This document shows, piece by piece, positions 23,460 through 32,949 of a stretch of DNA of 45,622 nucleotides (within the stretch, counting starts at the first letter, position 1; each line of letters starts with the position of its first letter). A program made the position numbers and the translations under genes. This DNA comes from Verrucomicrobiota bacterium (GTDB lineage Bacteria; Verrucomicrobiota; Verrucomicrobiia; Limisphaerales; SIBH01). Where the stretch lies: assembly GCA_038208765.1 (NCBI GenBank), contig JBBQYK010000001.1:1-45622 (forward strand), in the 5' to 3' direction. The notes beneath the pieces are model-generated. The model did not search any database and was not told where the DNA came from. It saw only the letters and a list, made by a program, of their open reading frames with translations.

Positions 23460-25064
23460 ATGCGGCAGCCCATGCACCCTGCTCCACATCCGAACTGTTC
23501 TGCAAAGGTGCGGTGCCTCGCGCTGCTCGCCGTGGTCGGGATGCTGGTCGCAGGAGCCGGCCATGCGCTGGCACAACGGGTGAAAAAACCGGAAAAGGGC
23601 GCGGCGTTCTTCAACGAGCCAGAACTCCGCACTTTTCAATTTGAACTGCCCGAGGCCGCTCTGCTCCAGCTCCGGCAATCGCCCCGTTCCTACGTGATGG
23701 GCTCGGTGCTCGAAGGCGGGCAGCGGCTCACCAACGTGGCCTTCCGGCTGCGGGGCCACGGGAGTTTCCGCAGCCTGGAGGAAAAGCCGAACTTCGCCGT
23801 CCACTTCCAGGAGTTCGCGACAAACCAGACGTATCGCGGCCTCCACAAGCTGATGTTCAACAACTCGGTGCAGGACGAGACGCGCCTGGCCGAGTTTCTG
23901 TCCACCCAGCTTTTTCGCGATGCGGGGCTACCCGCCGCGCGCGTCACGCATGCCCGGGTGCTGCTGAACGGGCGCGACCTGGGACTCTACGTGGTCATCG
24001 AGGCGATGGGCCGTGACTTCTTGAAACATCATTTCAAAAATTCCAACGGCAATCTCTACGAGGGCGGGCCGGATATCGACAGCCCGTTGGAGCAGGACAG
24101 CGGCGTGCGCGCGGAGCAGCAGGACCGGGCCAAGCTCGCGCAGGTCTGTGCGCTGACCAACCGGGCGGAGCGGTGGCGTGCCCTGGGCGAAGTGCTCGAG
24201 GTGGACCGGTTTGTTTCTTTTGCCGCGATGGAGATGCTGACCTCGCACTGGGACGGCTATGTCCTGCACTTGAACAACTACCGTCTCTATCACAGCCCGA
24301 CGACGGGACGATTCGAATTCATCCCGCACGGGATGGACTGGGCCTTCCAGAGGCCGAACCTTTCCATTCAGGTGCCGCAACGGACGGTCTTGGCGCGTGC
24401 CCTGTTTGACAGCTCCGAAGGACAAAAACTTTATCGCGAGCGGCTCGGCACTCTGTTCACGAACGTGTTTCAGATCGCGACGATCACGAACCGCATCGAG
24501 CGGGAGCTGGCCAAAATACGCACGGGCCGCTTTGGTTCCAACGAGCTGGCCGTCATCGAACGCGGCGCGGACGTGATGCGCGAGCGACTCGGATTGCGCC
24601 TGGCCCGGGTGGCCCACGAACTGGCCGGCTCCGGCCCGGCTTTCTTCAAGTTGGACACGAACGGCGTCGCGCCCTTGACCGCCTGGCGGGCCTACCATGA
24701 CGGGGGCACCGGAGTGGTGGACCGCCTCACCGTGGAAGGCAGGCCGACACTCCACATCGGGGCCGCCGGATCGAATTACCGTCCTTCCTGGCGTTCGCTT
24801 GTTTATCTGCCGCGCGGTTCGTATCGCTACGAGGCTGCCGTGAAAATCGCGGCCCGCGAACCCATCGCGGCCGTGCTTCGCACCTCGGGTCCATGGGGCG
24901 GAACAACCATCAACAGCGCCACGGACTGGCGTCCGCTGACCTTTGATTTCGAAGTGCGAGAGGAAGCCGGCCACGATGTGGAGTTCGTCTGTGATTTCAG
25001 CGGCGCGGAAGGCGAGGCGTGGTTTGACTTGAACAACTTGCTCCTGCGCCGGCTTGGGCCGTGA
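23460..25064 (+). CDS. CotH-family (spore-coat-protein-H-like kinase fold) secreted protein
   Basis: Signal-like LALLAVVGMLVAGAGHALAQ. The CotH pattern is KPNFAVHF...HKLMFNNSVQDETRLAEFLSTQLFRDAGLPAARVTHARVLLNGRDLGLYVVIE, followed by NGNLYEG. Confidence 0.85.
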   Translation: MRQPMHPAPHPNCSAKVRCLALLAVVGMLVAGAGHALAQRVKKPEKGAAFFNEPELRTFQFELPEAALLQLRQSPRSYVMGSVLEGGQRLTNVAFRLRGHGSFRSLEEKPNFAVHFQEFATNQTYRGLHKLMFNNSVQDETRLAEFLSTQLFRDAGLPAARVTHARVLLNGRDLGLYVVIEAMGRDFLKHHFKNSNGNLYEGGPDIDSPLEQDSGVRAEQQDRAKLAQVCALTNRAERWRALGEVLEVDRFVSFAAMEMLTSHWDGYVLHLNNYRLYHSPTTGRFEFIPHGMDWAFQRPNLSIQVPQRTVLARALFDSSEGQKLYRERLGTLFTNVFQIATITNRIERELAKIRTGRFGSNELAVIERGADVMRERLGLRLARVAHELAGSGPAFFKLDTNGVAPLTAWRAYHDGGTGVVDRLTVEGRPTLHIGAAGSNYRPSWRSLVYLPRGSYRYEAAVKIAAREPIAAVLRTSGPWGGTTINSATDWRPLTFDFEVREEAGHDVEFVCDFSGAEGEAWFDLNNLLLRRLGP

Positions 25065-25265
25065 ACGATCCTCTGCCGTGGGAATTGAACACGGACGACA
25101 GCCTGAATGCTTCGGACCATCTGCCGGTTCAAGTGGTGTTCAAAAATCCATTCGTCCAGCCGTTCACCGAGCACACCCATCACCCAGTTGACGATGCGAA
25201 GGGGAACGCTGAGGCCAGGTTGGCAGTGATCCAGGAGTTCGATTTGAAGATCAGGTTCTGAAAGA

Positions 25266-25340
25266 TGGTGGACGCTGCAGGTTTCGAACCTGCGACCCCT
25301 ACCGTGTGAAGGTAATGCTCTACCACTGAGCTAAGCGTCC
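25266..25340 (-). tRNA. tRNA-Val (anticodon CAC), CCA encoded
   Basis: The reverse complement GGACGCTTAGCTCAGTGGTAGAGCATTACCTTCACACGGTAGGGGTCGCAGGTTCGAAACCTGCAGCGTCCACCA folds by hand into a cloverleaf. It has a 7-bp acceptor, a GCTC/GAGC D stem, the anticodon loop TTCACAC, and a GCAGG/CCTGC T stem with a TTCGAAA loop. Confidence 0.9.
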
Positions 25341-25465
25341 ACTGCGGCGCGGAAAATAGTCACGACCGGCGGGATTTCAAGAACTTCCTTTGGCGGTTCC
25401 AAGAGTTGAGAGATGAAAGCGGAGAACTCCGTCGCAGGCTCTCCACCCTCGACCTCCACTCCCCT

Positions 25466-27346
25466 TCACTTGAGGCCCAGGCTCGCGCGAATTTTTTCCA
25501 GCATGTCACGGGCAATTTGATCCTGCGGGTTGAGTTGCAAGGCGAGTTCAAACTGCTGCACCGCAGCGGGCAGGTTGTTCATCTCCACGAACACGAGGCC
25601 GAGGTTGCCGCGCGCCCGAGCGTGGCGCGGATTCAGGCGCAGGGCCGTTTCAAATTCGCGCGCCGATTCCTCCAACTGTTTTCCAATGCGCAGGGCCAGC
25701 CCGAGGAAATAATGCGACTCGTCGTAATTCGGATCGAGTTCGATAGCGCGGCGCAGAAACGGCAGGGCCTCGGCGGCCTGACCGGACATCGTAAGCACGG
25801 AGCCGATCTCCGCATGGGCGCGGGCGTTGCCGGGATCACGCCGGATCAGCGCCTGGTTGGCGAGCAGCGCATCGCGCACCACGCGCGGCTGGAGATGCTG
25901 CATCAGCGTCGCATGGTCCGCCTGGCTCTTCATCACCACCTGGAGCCACATCTCAGCCATTTCATCGGTGGTGTCGGAACCGTAGATCACGCGGCGCGGC
26001 GGATGGTGCGGGTTGCGCGGATTGTTCGTCGAATTGTCGAAGGTCCATTCCATCGTCACTTTGGTTCCCTTGGGCAGGTGGATGGGTGACGGGTATTGGT
26101 ATTCGCCCTGCCAGTTGAAGTCCCAGTTGGGAATCGACATCAACCATCGGCGCGAGCCGTCCGGCAGATCGGCGTAACCCTTCAGTTCCTTCGCCAGATA
26201 GTGGGCGTGCGGAAGAATCTGGCGCACCTCCAAGTCCACGGGGGCGACAAACAGGTCCGTGACGGTGTGACGGCTCGCGCCGGGCGGGATGTCGATGGTG
26301 TAGGAATCCAGGGGAAACTTGAATGCGATGGCCCCGCCCGGCTGATCGGTGAAATAGAAGGCGACTTCCGGCGCAATCGTTTCCACCTTGCCAATCGGCT
26401 GAAGATGCATCTGCAGGATCAGGTCGGTCTCCGGCTCCAACGGCCAGGCCAGATCGGGCGGGTAAAAGCGCGGCGTCTTGCCCGGCTGCCAACTGGCAAA
26501 CGTGATCGGATTTTCAGCCGAACGCGGCCCGTGAAGCCCGGCGAAACCCGGCTGACCGTCCTTGCCGTCGAGCGCGCGAGATTGCGGAGTCTTGTCGAAA
26601 CGCAGGAAGACATGATGCACGGCCCGCGAATTCGGACGGAACTCGATGCCCCGCACATGACGGCGCACCGTCGTGGGAATCCGCACGATGAGATTGCGAT
26701 AGTTGTCGCGGCCCTCGGCGGCCAGCGTGTAGGCGACCGTCGGCTTCACCACGAGATCCGGTTCACCCAACTGCCACCCGACATTCCATTTCGGCAACGG
26801 CGGCAGGTCCAACGGATTTCCCTCGCCGGCACCCTCTTCCGTCCATTGCCGGATGAGGCCGATTTGCTGAACCGACAAACGGCGCTCACCCAGCAACGGC
26901 ACCACGCGGGGATCGGGCAACCAGGGGGGCATGGTGCGCGCGTGCGTCACGTCCGCGATCTGTCCTGCGCGCTTTTTCACGTCGTCGTAGGCCAGCAACG
27001 GAAACGGCGCGGAGCCGCCTGGGTGATGACAACCCGTGCAGTTCTGAAAAACGATGGGCGCGATGTCCTTGTTGAAGGTGACGCTGCCCTTGGGCTTGGG
27101 AACGTAGGTGTCTTGGGACGGGCCGCCCGACGGACCGCAACCGCTCCCGAGCAGCGCGCCCAAAATGACAAAAGTTGACGCGAGAAATTTCAGAGCGCGC
27201 AACGTAGCGAGTCCGGGCGGGCGAAGCAATCCGGCGGTGCGGAACAATGCCGGACAGGAGCGCGGACCGCTGCGTCCGCGTGTTTCAATCCGAACGCACT
27301 TTCGCCGGGGATTCGAGCCTGATGCTTTCGGCGTGTTGGAAGGCAC
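25466..27346 (-). CDS. Lipoprotein fusion of a c-type cytochrome motif domain, a copper type II (PHM/DBH-like) monooxygenase-like domain and C-terminal TPR repeats
   Basis: Lipobox LLGSGC. Heme motif NCTGCHH. A His pattern resembling the PHM/DBH copper sites (AVHHVFL, LQMHLQP, LPHAHYLAKEL, NWDFNWQ). The C-terminal TPR-like segments are ...AEIGSVL...ALPFLRRAIELDPNY... and LRLNPRHARARGNLG. The start is uncertain. Confidence 0.8.
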   Translation of the reverse strand: MPSNTPKASGSNPRRKCVRIETRGRSGPRSCPALFRTAGLLRPPGLATLRALKFLASTFVILGALLGSGCGPSGGPSQDTYVPKPKGSVTFNKDIAPIVFQNCTGCHHPGGSAPFPLLAYDDVKKRAGQIADVTHARTMPPWLPDPRVVPLLGERRLSVQQIGLIRQWTEEGAGEGNPLDLPPLPKWNVGWQLGEPDLVVKPTVAYTLAAEGRDNYRNLIVRIPTTVRRHVRGIEFRPNSRAVHHVFLRFDKTPQSRALDGKDGQPGFAGLHGPRSAENPITFASWQPGKTPRFYPPDLAWPLEPETDLILQMHLQPIGKVETIAPEVAFYFTDQPGGAIAFKFPLDSYTIDIPPGASRHTVTDLFVAPVDLEVRQILPHAHYLAKELKGYADLPDGSRRWLMSIPNWDFNWQGEYQYPSPIHLPKGTKVTMEWTFDNSTNNPRNPHHPPRRVIYGSDTTDEMAEMWLQVVMKSQADHATLMQHLQPRVVRDALLANQALIRRDPGNARAHAEIGSVLTMSGQAAEALPFLRRAIELDPNYDESHYFLGLALRIGKQLEESAREFETALRLNPRHARARGNLGLVFVEMNNLPAAVQQFELALQLNPQDQIARDMLEKIRASLGLK

Positions 27347-27373
27347 GCGGAGCCGGCGATCCGCGCTCCTCGC

Positions 27374-27413
27374 AAAAATAAAAAAGCGGGACTCAGTTGG
27401 CCGAGTCCCGCTT
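27374..27413 (-). terminator. Rho-independent terminator (minus strand)
   Basis: 11-bp stem AAGCGGGACTC/GAGTCCCGCTT with an 8-nt loop. On the minus strand it is followed by TTTTTTATTTTT. Confidence 0.6.
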
Positions 27414-27431
27414 GATCAGTTTGGCTGCGCC

Positions 27432-27548
27432 TTAGTAGCGATCACGGCCACCGCCGCCGCTGCGTCCGCCACCGCCACCGCCGCCACCCGGGCGATCTTC
27501 GCGCGGGCGGGCGACATTGATCGTCAGAGCGCGGCCATCGATTTCCTT
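27432..27548 (-). pseudogene. 3' remnant of a glycine-rich RRM (RNP-1) RNA-binding protein gene
   Basis: Minus-strand translation gives KEIDGRALTINVARPREDRPGGGGGGGGRSGGGGRDRY*. This is the last strand of an RRM plus a Gly/Arg tail. Only ~70 nt remain upstream before the rpsT stop, so the N-terminal two thirds are absent. Confidence 0.5.
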
Positions 27549-27560
27549 CCTGAATCGGGG

Positions 27561-27597
27561 CAACAAAATCGCCACGCTCCGTTTCCGGGGCGTGGCG
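27561..27597 (-). terminator. Probable rpsT terminator
   Basis: 8-bp stem CGCCACGC/GCGTGGCG with a 12-nt loop. On the minus strand it is followed by ATTTTGTTG and begins ~20 nt after the rpsT stop. Confidence 0.5.
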
Positions 27598-27617
27598 TGT
27601 CGAAAAAACCGTCCGCT

Positions 27618-27881
27618 CTACTTGAGCTTGGCGAGCCGCAGCGTCAGGCGCGACTTCTTGCGGTTGGCCGTGGCGCGGTGAATCACGCCGGCCTTCACGG
27701 CCTTGTCGAAGGTGGAGATGGCCTCGCGCAATGCGGTGGTGGACTCGTCCTTCTTGCCGGTTCCGAGGGCGGCGACGTAGCGCTTCTCAAAAGTTTTCAG
27801 GCGGCTCTTCACACTGCGGTTGCGCAACTGTTTGCGGGCGCTGTTGCGCATCCGGCGTTCGGCTGATTTCGTATTCGGCAT
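27618..27881 (-). CDS. rpsT: 30S ribosomal protein S20
   Basis: MPNTKSAERRMRNSARKQLRNRSVKSRLKTF...AVKAGVIHRATANRKKSRL is the classic S20 sequence pattern at 87 aa. Confidence 0.93.
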   Translation of the reverse strand: MPNTKSAERRMRNSARKQLRNRSVKSRLKTFEKRYVAALGTGKKDESTTALREAISTFDKAVKAGVIHRATANRKKSRLTLRLAKLK

Positions 27882-27975
27882 AATTCTTAAATTAAGGGCG
27901 CAGAAACTAGCGGAATGAGTCCCCTTGTCAACGCCGCTTTGACACTCCGGCACGCCCTCGCTAGCTTCGCGCCGC

Positions 27976-28476
27976 ATGGAAATTCTTCACGCCCCGTGGC
28001 GCATCGAATACATCCTCGGCCCGAAAACGCCGCCGGGGGGCGGCGGTTCCATTTTCACGCGCATCGCCCAGTCGAGCGACGACGAGGCGAATCTCGTCAT
28101 CGCGCGCGGACGTTCCTGCTTCGCGATGCTGAACAATTATCCCTACAACGGCGGACACCTGATGGTGATCCCCTACCGCGAAGTGCCGGATTTCAACGAC
28201 CTGCTCGACGACGAGTTGCTGGAACTGATGAAACTCACGCGCCGCTGCCAGCACGCATTGACGAAGGCGATGCAACCGCACGGCTTCAACATCGGCGTGA
28301 ATCTCGGCAAGGTCGCGGGCGCGGGCATCCAAGAGCATCTCCACATTCACATCGTTCCACGTTGGACCGGTGACACCAACTTCATGCCGGTGATCGCAGG
28401 CACGAATGTGGTGCCGGAAGCATTGAAGGAAACTGCGGCGAAACTGCGCGCGGCACTGGCAGAACAACAGAATTAA
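27976..28476 (+). CDS. HIT-family nucleotide hydrolase/transferase
   Basis: Histidine triad EHLHIHIVPRW, with N-terminal APWR..Y. Confidence 0.9.
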   Translation: MEILHAPWRIEYILGPKTPPGGGGSIFTRIAQSSDDEANLVIARGRSCFAMLNNYPYNGGHLMVIPYREVPDFNDLLDDELLELMKLTRRCQHALTKAMQPHGFNIGVNLGKVAGAGIQEHLHIHIVPRWTGDTNFMPVIAGTNVVPEALKETAAKLRAALAEQQN

Positions 28477-28477
28477 C

Positions 28478-29449
28478 ATGGCTACCGAGACTCTTCACTT
28501 TGAAAACGCCCGCGTCGCGCAACAGCTCTTCGCCAACGATCCGCACAACCTCGACACCCTGGAATCCGCGCTCGGCGTGAAGGCCACCTCGCGCGAAGGC
28601 TGGATTAAACTCGACGGCACGGCCGAGGACGTGGCGCGCGCGAAGAACCTCTTTCAACTGCTCGAAAATTCCCTGCGCACCGGCGGCACGATCCGCGGAC
28701 GCGATTTCGCCCAGGCCGTGAACGTGGTGAAGAGCGAAGGCACCGACGCGCTGCGGGACATTTACGCCGAGCGCATCAACACCTCGCCGCGCAAGCCGAG
28801 CGTCACGCCCAAAACCACCGGCCAGCGCAAATACGTGCAGGCCATTCGCGCGCACGATGTCACGTTCGGCATCGGGCCCGCCGGCACGGGCAAAACGTAT
28901 CTCGCCATGGCGATGGCCGTGTCCGCGCTGCGGGAAGAGAAAGTCTCGCGCATCGTTCTCACGCGCCCCGCCGTCGAGGCGGGCGAGGCGCTCGGCTTTT
29001 TGCCCGGTGATCTCTACGAAAAAATCACGCCGTACCTCCGCCCGCTGCACGACGCGCTGCACGACATGATGCCCGCCGAGGACATCCAGAAGAACATGGA
29101 GAAAGCCGTCATCGAAATCGCGCCGCTCGCCTACATGCGCGGGCGCACGCTGAACAATGCCTTCATCATTCTCGACGAGGCACAGAACTCGACGGCGGAG
29201 CAGATGTTCATGTTTCTCACCCGCCTCGGCCACGGCTCGAAAGCCGTCATCACCGGCGACCCGACGCAGATTGATCTGCCGCACCACAAAATTTCCGGGC
29301 TCGTGGAATCCGTCCGCGCGCTGCGCCAGACCAGCGGCATCTCCATCGTGGAGTTCAGCCGCAAGGACATCGTGCGGCATCCGCTCGTGCAGCGGATCAT
29401 CGAGGCCTACGAGGAGCACCGGCAGTTAGTGAAGCAAAGCAAAGAATGA
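28478..29449 (+). CDS. phoH: PhoH-family ATPase
   Basis: Walker A GPAGTGKTYLAMAMAV, then ILTRPAVEAGE.LGFLPGDL..K..PYLRPL.DAL and FIILDEAQN. It sits in the canonical position upstream of ybeY. Confidence 0.93.
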   Translation: MATETLHFENARVAQQLFANDPHNLDTLESALGVKATSREGWIKLDGTAEDVARAKNLFQLLENSLRTGGTIRGRDFAQAVNVVKSEGTDALRDIYAERINTSPRKPSVTPKTTGQRKYVQAIRAHDVTFGIGPAGTGKTYLAMAMAVSALREEKVSRIVLTRPAVEAGEALGFLPGDLYEKITPYLRPLHDALHDMMPAEDIQKNMEKAVIEIAPLAYMRGRTLNNAFIILDEAQNSTAEQMFMFLTRLGHGSKAVITGDPTQIDLPHHKISGLVESVRALRQTSGISIVEFSRKDIVRHPLVQRIIEAYEEHRQLVKQSKE

Positions 29450-29542
29450 ACACCGATCATCGAACACTGAACACTGAACACCGAACGGGGCCGCGCGCCG
29501 TCCACTTCGATGTTCGATGTTCGATGTTCGACGTTCAGTGTT
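29448..29542. repeat. Imperfect inverted repeat made of heptamer tandem arrays
   Basis: The left arm holds GAACAC[T/C] units (29461-29483). The right arm holds CGATGTT x4 (29508-29535), which is roughly the complement. A GC-rich spacer separates them. The element fills the phoH-ybeY intergenic region. Confidence 0.55.
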
Positions 29543-29555
29543 TTCCCTTGCCGCG

Positions 29556-30112
<557 letters not shown>

Positions 30113-30113
<1 letters not shown>

Positions 30114-30757
30114 TGGACGAACGAACCACCGGCCTCATCCTCCGCACCCGGCCGCTCACCGAGACGAGCCTGATCGTCCAGTGGCTCACTCCGGATCTCG
30201 GTCGCGTCGCCACCGTGGCCAAGGGCGCACGCCGGCCCAAGTCGCCCTTCCGCGGCAAACTGGATTTGTTTTACGAGGCCGAGTTCAGTTTCGCGCGCAG
30301 CCGCAAATCTGATTTGCACAACCTCCGCGAAGTCGTCTTGCGAGAAACACATCCGACGCTGCGCGAAAATCTGGGCTGGATTCAGCAGGCCAGCTACTTC
30401 ACCGCGCTCGTCGAACAGACGACCGAAACCGAGACCCCGATTCCGGCAGTGCATCAACTGGTGCGCGCCGCGCTCGCTGAACTGCCGACCATGAAACCGA
30501 CGGCCCGCACCATTCTCGCCTTCGAGTTCAAGCTGCTGGAAGAGCTCGGTCTCACGCCCGACCTCGCCGACTCGTCCTTGAGCGAAGGTTCCCGGCATCT
30601 GGCGCAGACGATGACGAAGGGCGAGTGGAGTCTGATCGGGCGGCTGAAACTGAGCGAAGCGCAGACGCGCGAACTCCGGCAGTTCCTGCACGGGTTCATG
30701 ATTTATCATCTGGAAAAAATTCCCGCATCACGCAGCGCGGCACTGAATGCGGAGTGA
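30113..30757 (+). CDS. recO: DNA repair protein RecO
   Basis: GLILRTRPLTETSLIVQWLTPDLGRVATVAKGARRPKSPFRGKLDLFY is the RecO N-terminal OB-fold pattern. The ~214-aa length fits. A TTG at 30110 is an alternative start. Confidence 0.88.
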
Positions 30758-30809
30758 AGGTGGCAAGGGTCGCGCTGCGACCCTTGCCTCGCAGCGCGAG
30801 GCAAGCCAC

Positions 30810-32192
30810 CTATTCTCCCTTCTTCGCCGCGAGCAAAAGTCTGACCGCCACTTCCACCAGCTTCTCACCGGAGCCGACGGCACAGCGCGCGCTGATGGGT
30901 TCGTAGTTGCCTTCCGCGTAAGCCCGCCGCGTCGGGATGTAACCAATGGATCCATTCGCCAGTTCTGCAATCATCGTGTGGGCAAATGGAGAGCGGTTCT
31001 TAATGGCCATGCCGAGTTCCACGAAAATTTCTCCCGGCAGACTCACCCACGCCACGTTGTCGCCCAGCGCGATGACCTGCACTTCCACTTCCTGAGGGCG
31101 TCCCTCGCGCGCGACCACATCGAGGACTTTGAAGGCGTGAACTTGCTCCAAAAACTTTGGCGCGTTCGTGGAGCCGAGGCGGGCGACCATCGCGCGAGCG
31201 GCTTCGATCTCGCCCGGTTTCAATTCCGGCAAGTCCAGCTTCACCATTTCACTTCGCACCCGCAGCGCGACCGGCTGCAATGAATCCAAGCGCGTGTAAG
31301 CCTTGAGGACATTGCCCGCGAGCACGGTGCCCAGGCGCGCGGCTTCGACGTGGCCCTTCTGCGGACCGGCCCATTTCACGTCCACATGATTGATGTCGCC
31401 GCACGCGCCATTCGCGAACACCGTGACCATGTTCGTGCCGTGATAATCGCCGAGCAGTCTCGCGAGCGTGAAGGCGTAATCCGCCGAGTATTCCAATCCG
31501 CCCACGGTGTCGGGGTGCATCGCGAAGTTCACATAGCTCGCGATGGGCGCGCGACGCGGCGACTCGAAGAGCACCACCGCCACATCCGGATCAATCGGCC
31601 CGGCGACGCGCACGATGTTCGTGTTCAGCTTGCCGGGATTCCAACCCACCGTGCCGTCGCGCATGTGAAATCGGCGATTAAAAGCCAGATGCTCCTCATG
31701 CTCGTGCCCGACGGAAACGCGCGCCGTCTCCAGCCTCGCCTCGGCCCGCCGCACGGACTCGGCAATCATCGCGGGCAACTGCGCGGTGTATTCACTCACC
31801 ACGGCGGAGGAAGAGGAGTCCGTGATGTTGCGCGAAGATTTGCTGTCGAGCAGCGGCCCGGTGTGCGTGTGCGTGGCGCTGATCATCACGTTCGCGGCGG
31901 GGACGCCAGTGGTGCGCGCAATGATCTCGCGCGTCCGCTCAATCACCGGTCGCGGCAGCGAAAGCAAATCACACACGACCAGCGCGGCTTTCGTTCCGCC
32001 CTGCTCGATCACGATGGCCTTCGCGTGCAACTCGTCATGCGTGTTCGTGGCGAGGCGCAAGTTGTAATAACCGGCGAGCGGCGTGGGTTGGTCCGGCGTA
32101 ATGCGCACGGCTGCGGCCCCGGCGCGCAACTGAGCGTGCGCGGTGACCGCCCAGAGCCAGGTGCCAAAGACGGCGATAAGAATGCGGGCCAT
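30810..32192 (-). CDS. Neutral/alkaline ceramidase-like N-terminal domain hydrolase (secreted)
   Basis: Signal peptide MARILIAVFGTWLWAVTAHAQ. ITPDQPTPLAGYY......THDELHAKAIVIEQGGTKAALVVCDLL resembles the ceramidase_alk family as I remember it. Confidence 0.7.
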   Translation of the reverse strand: MARILIAVFGTWLWAVTAHAQLRAGAAAVRITPDQPTPLAGYYNLRLATNTHDELHAKAIVIEQGGTKAALVVCDLLSLPRPVIERTREIIARTTGVPAANVMISATHTHTGPLLDSKSSRNITDSSSSAVVSEYTAQLPAMIAESVRRAEARLETARVSVGHEHEEHLAFNRRFHMRDGTVGWNPGKLNTNIVRVAGPIDPDVAVVLFESPRRAPIASYVNFAMHPDTVGGLEYSADYAFTLARLLGDYHGTNMVTVFANGACGDINHVDVKWAGPQKGHVEAARLGTVLAGNVLKAYTRLDSLQPVALRVRSEMVKLDLPELKPGEIEAARAMVARLGSTNAPKFLEQVHAFKVLDVVAREGRPQEVEVQVIALGDNVAWVSLPGEIFVELGMAIKNRSPFAHTMIAELANGSIGYIPTRRAYAEGNYEPISARCAVGSGEKLVEVAVRLLLAAKKGE

Positions 32193-32388
32193 GCGCGGAG
32201 TGTGGCGGGGAACCGCTCGCGGGTGCAACAACGGAGCCGCGTTCCGAATCAAGTCGCCACGTTGATAAAAGAGCGGCCCGGAAAATCCCGCAGCTTCCGC
32301 CGGGACTCACGAGGCCCTACCGATGGGAACGGAGATGCACTTCATGGGCAAACTTTTGCCCAAGGCTCACGAAGCATTCCAGGAGGAG

Positions 32389-32880
32389 TCACGGCTGCGC
32401 GCGGGGCAGCGGGGCCGACAACTGATCCTTCAACGGCGCAAAATTCCCGTGCTCGCAGCAGGCGACAAACGTTTCCGTCACGGACTTCAAGTCCTCCCAA
32501 CGCGCACGGATGGTCTTGGATTCCTTGGGGCTGATCTGGTTGTCGGCGGCGGCGGCGGCAATGACGGCGAGGAGGTCGGCGAACTCCTGCACGATCTGGT
32601 TCGTGGCGGGAATGAGGAAGTCGGGATGTGCGTGGTGCGTCTGGGGATTGCGGATGAAGAAGCCTCCGCCCTGCTGGCAAAGCCACTGGAGCAGGCGCTC
32701 GTCCTGCGTCGCGCGGTAGAGCGCGGCGACGCGTTCGAGCGGATTGCCCGTGGGCGGGCCGTCGGCCACGGGCGACTCGGCCCATTTATAGACCAGCGAG
32801 AGGGACAAATCCAAATCAGCGGCGATCTGCTTGGGGCTGGTCTTGTCAAAAACTTCGCGCAGGACTTCGTGCGATTGCAT
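32389..32880 (-). CDS. HTH DNA-binding protein of unknown function (possibly phage CII/CP76-like)
   Basis: The N-terminal HTH is SPKQIAADLDLSLSLVYKWAE. The start is at MQSHEV, because the upstream part of the ORF crosses a repeat element. The family assignment is tentative. Confidence 0.6.
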   Translation of the reverse strand: MQSHEVLREVFDKTSPKQIAADLDLSLSLVYKWAESPVADGPPTGNPLERVAALYRATQDERLLQWLCQQGGGFFIRNPQTHHAHPDFLIPATNQIVQEFADLLAVIAAAAADNQISPKESKTIRARWEDLKSVTETFVACCEHGNFAPLKDQLSAPLPRAQP

Positions 32881-32949
32881 GGCCGTGATTTCAACAGGAC
32901 GGCGCACGGAGACAAACAAAAACTCCACCGCATTACGGCTCCACCACAC

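Noticed and set aside
23347-23574. 76-codon N-terminal extension of the M48 peptidase ORF
   Set aside because: The extension is Arg/Ala-rich and overlaps the divergent cotH start region. The Met at 23346 is immediately followed by a membrane anchor, as expected for this family.
27108-27866. 252-aa + strand ORF
   Set aside because: It runs antisense through the start of the monooxygenase gene, the RRM remnant and rpsT. Its poly-Ala/Thr segment is the complement of the Gly-rich tail. It has no independent support.
32389-32880. Prophage or mobile-element remnant suggested by a CII-like HTH protein
   Set aside because: No integrase, transposase, terminase or other phage gene occurs anywhere in the window, and the flanking genes are housekeeping (ceramidase-like, recF). 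A single HTH gene is insufficient evidence.
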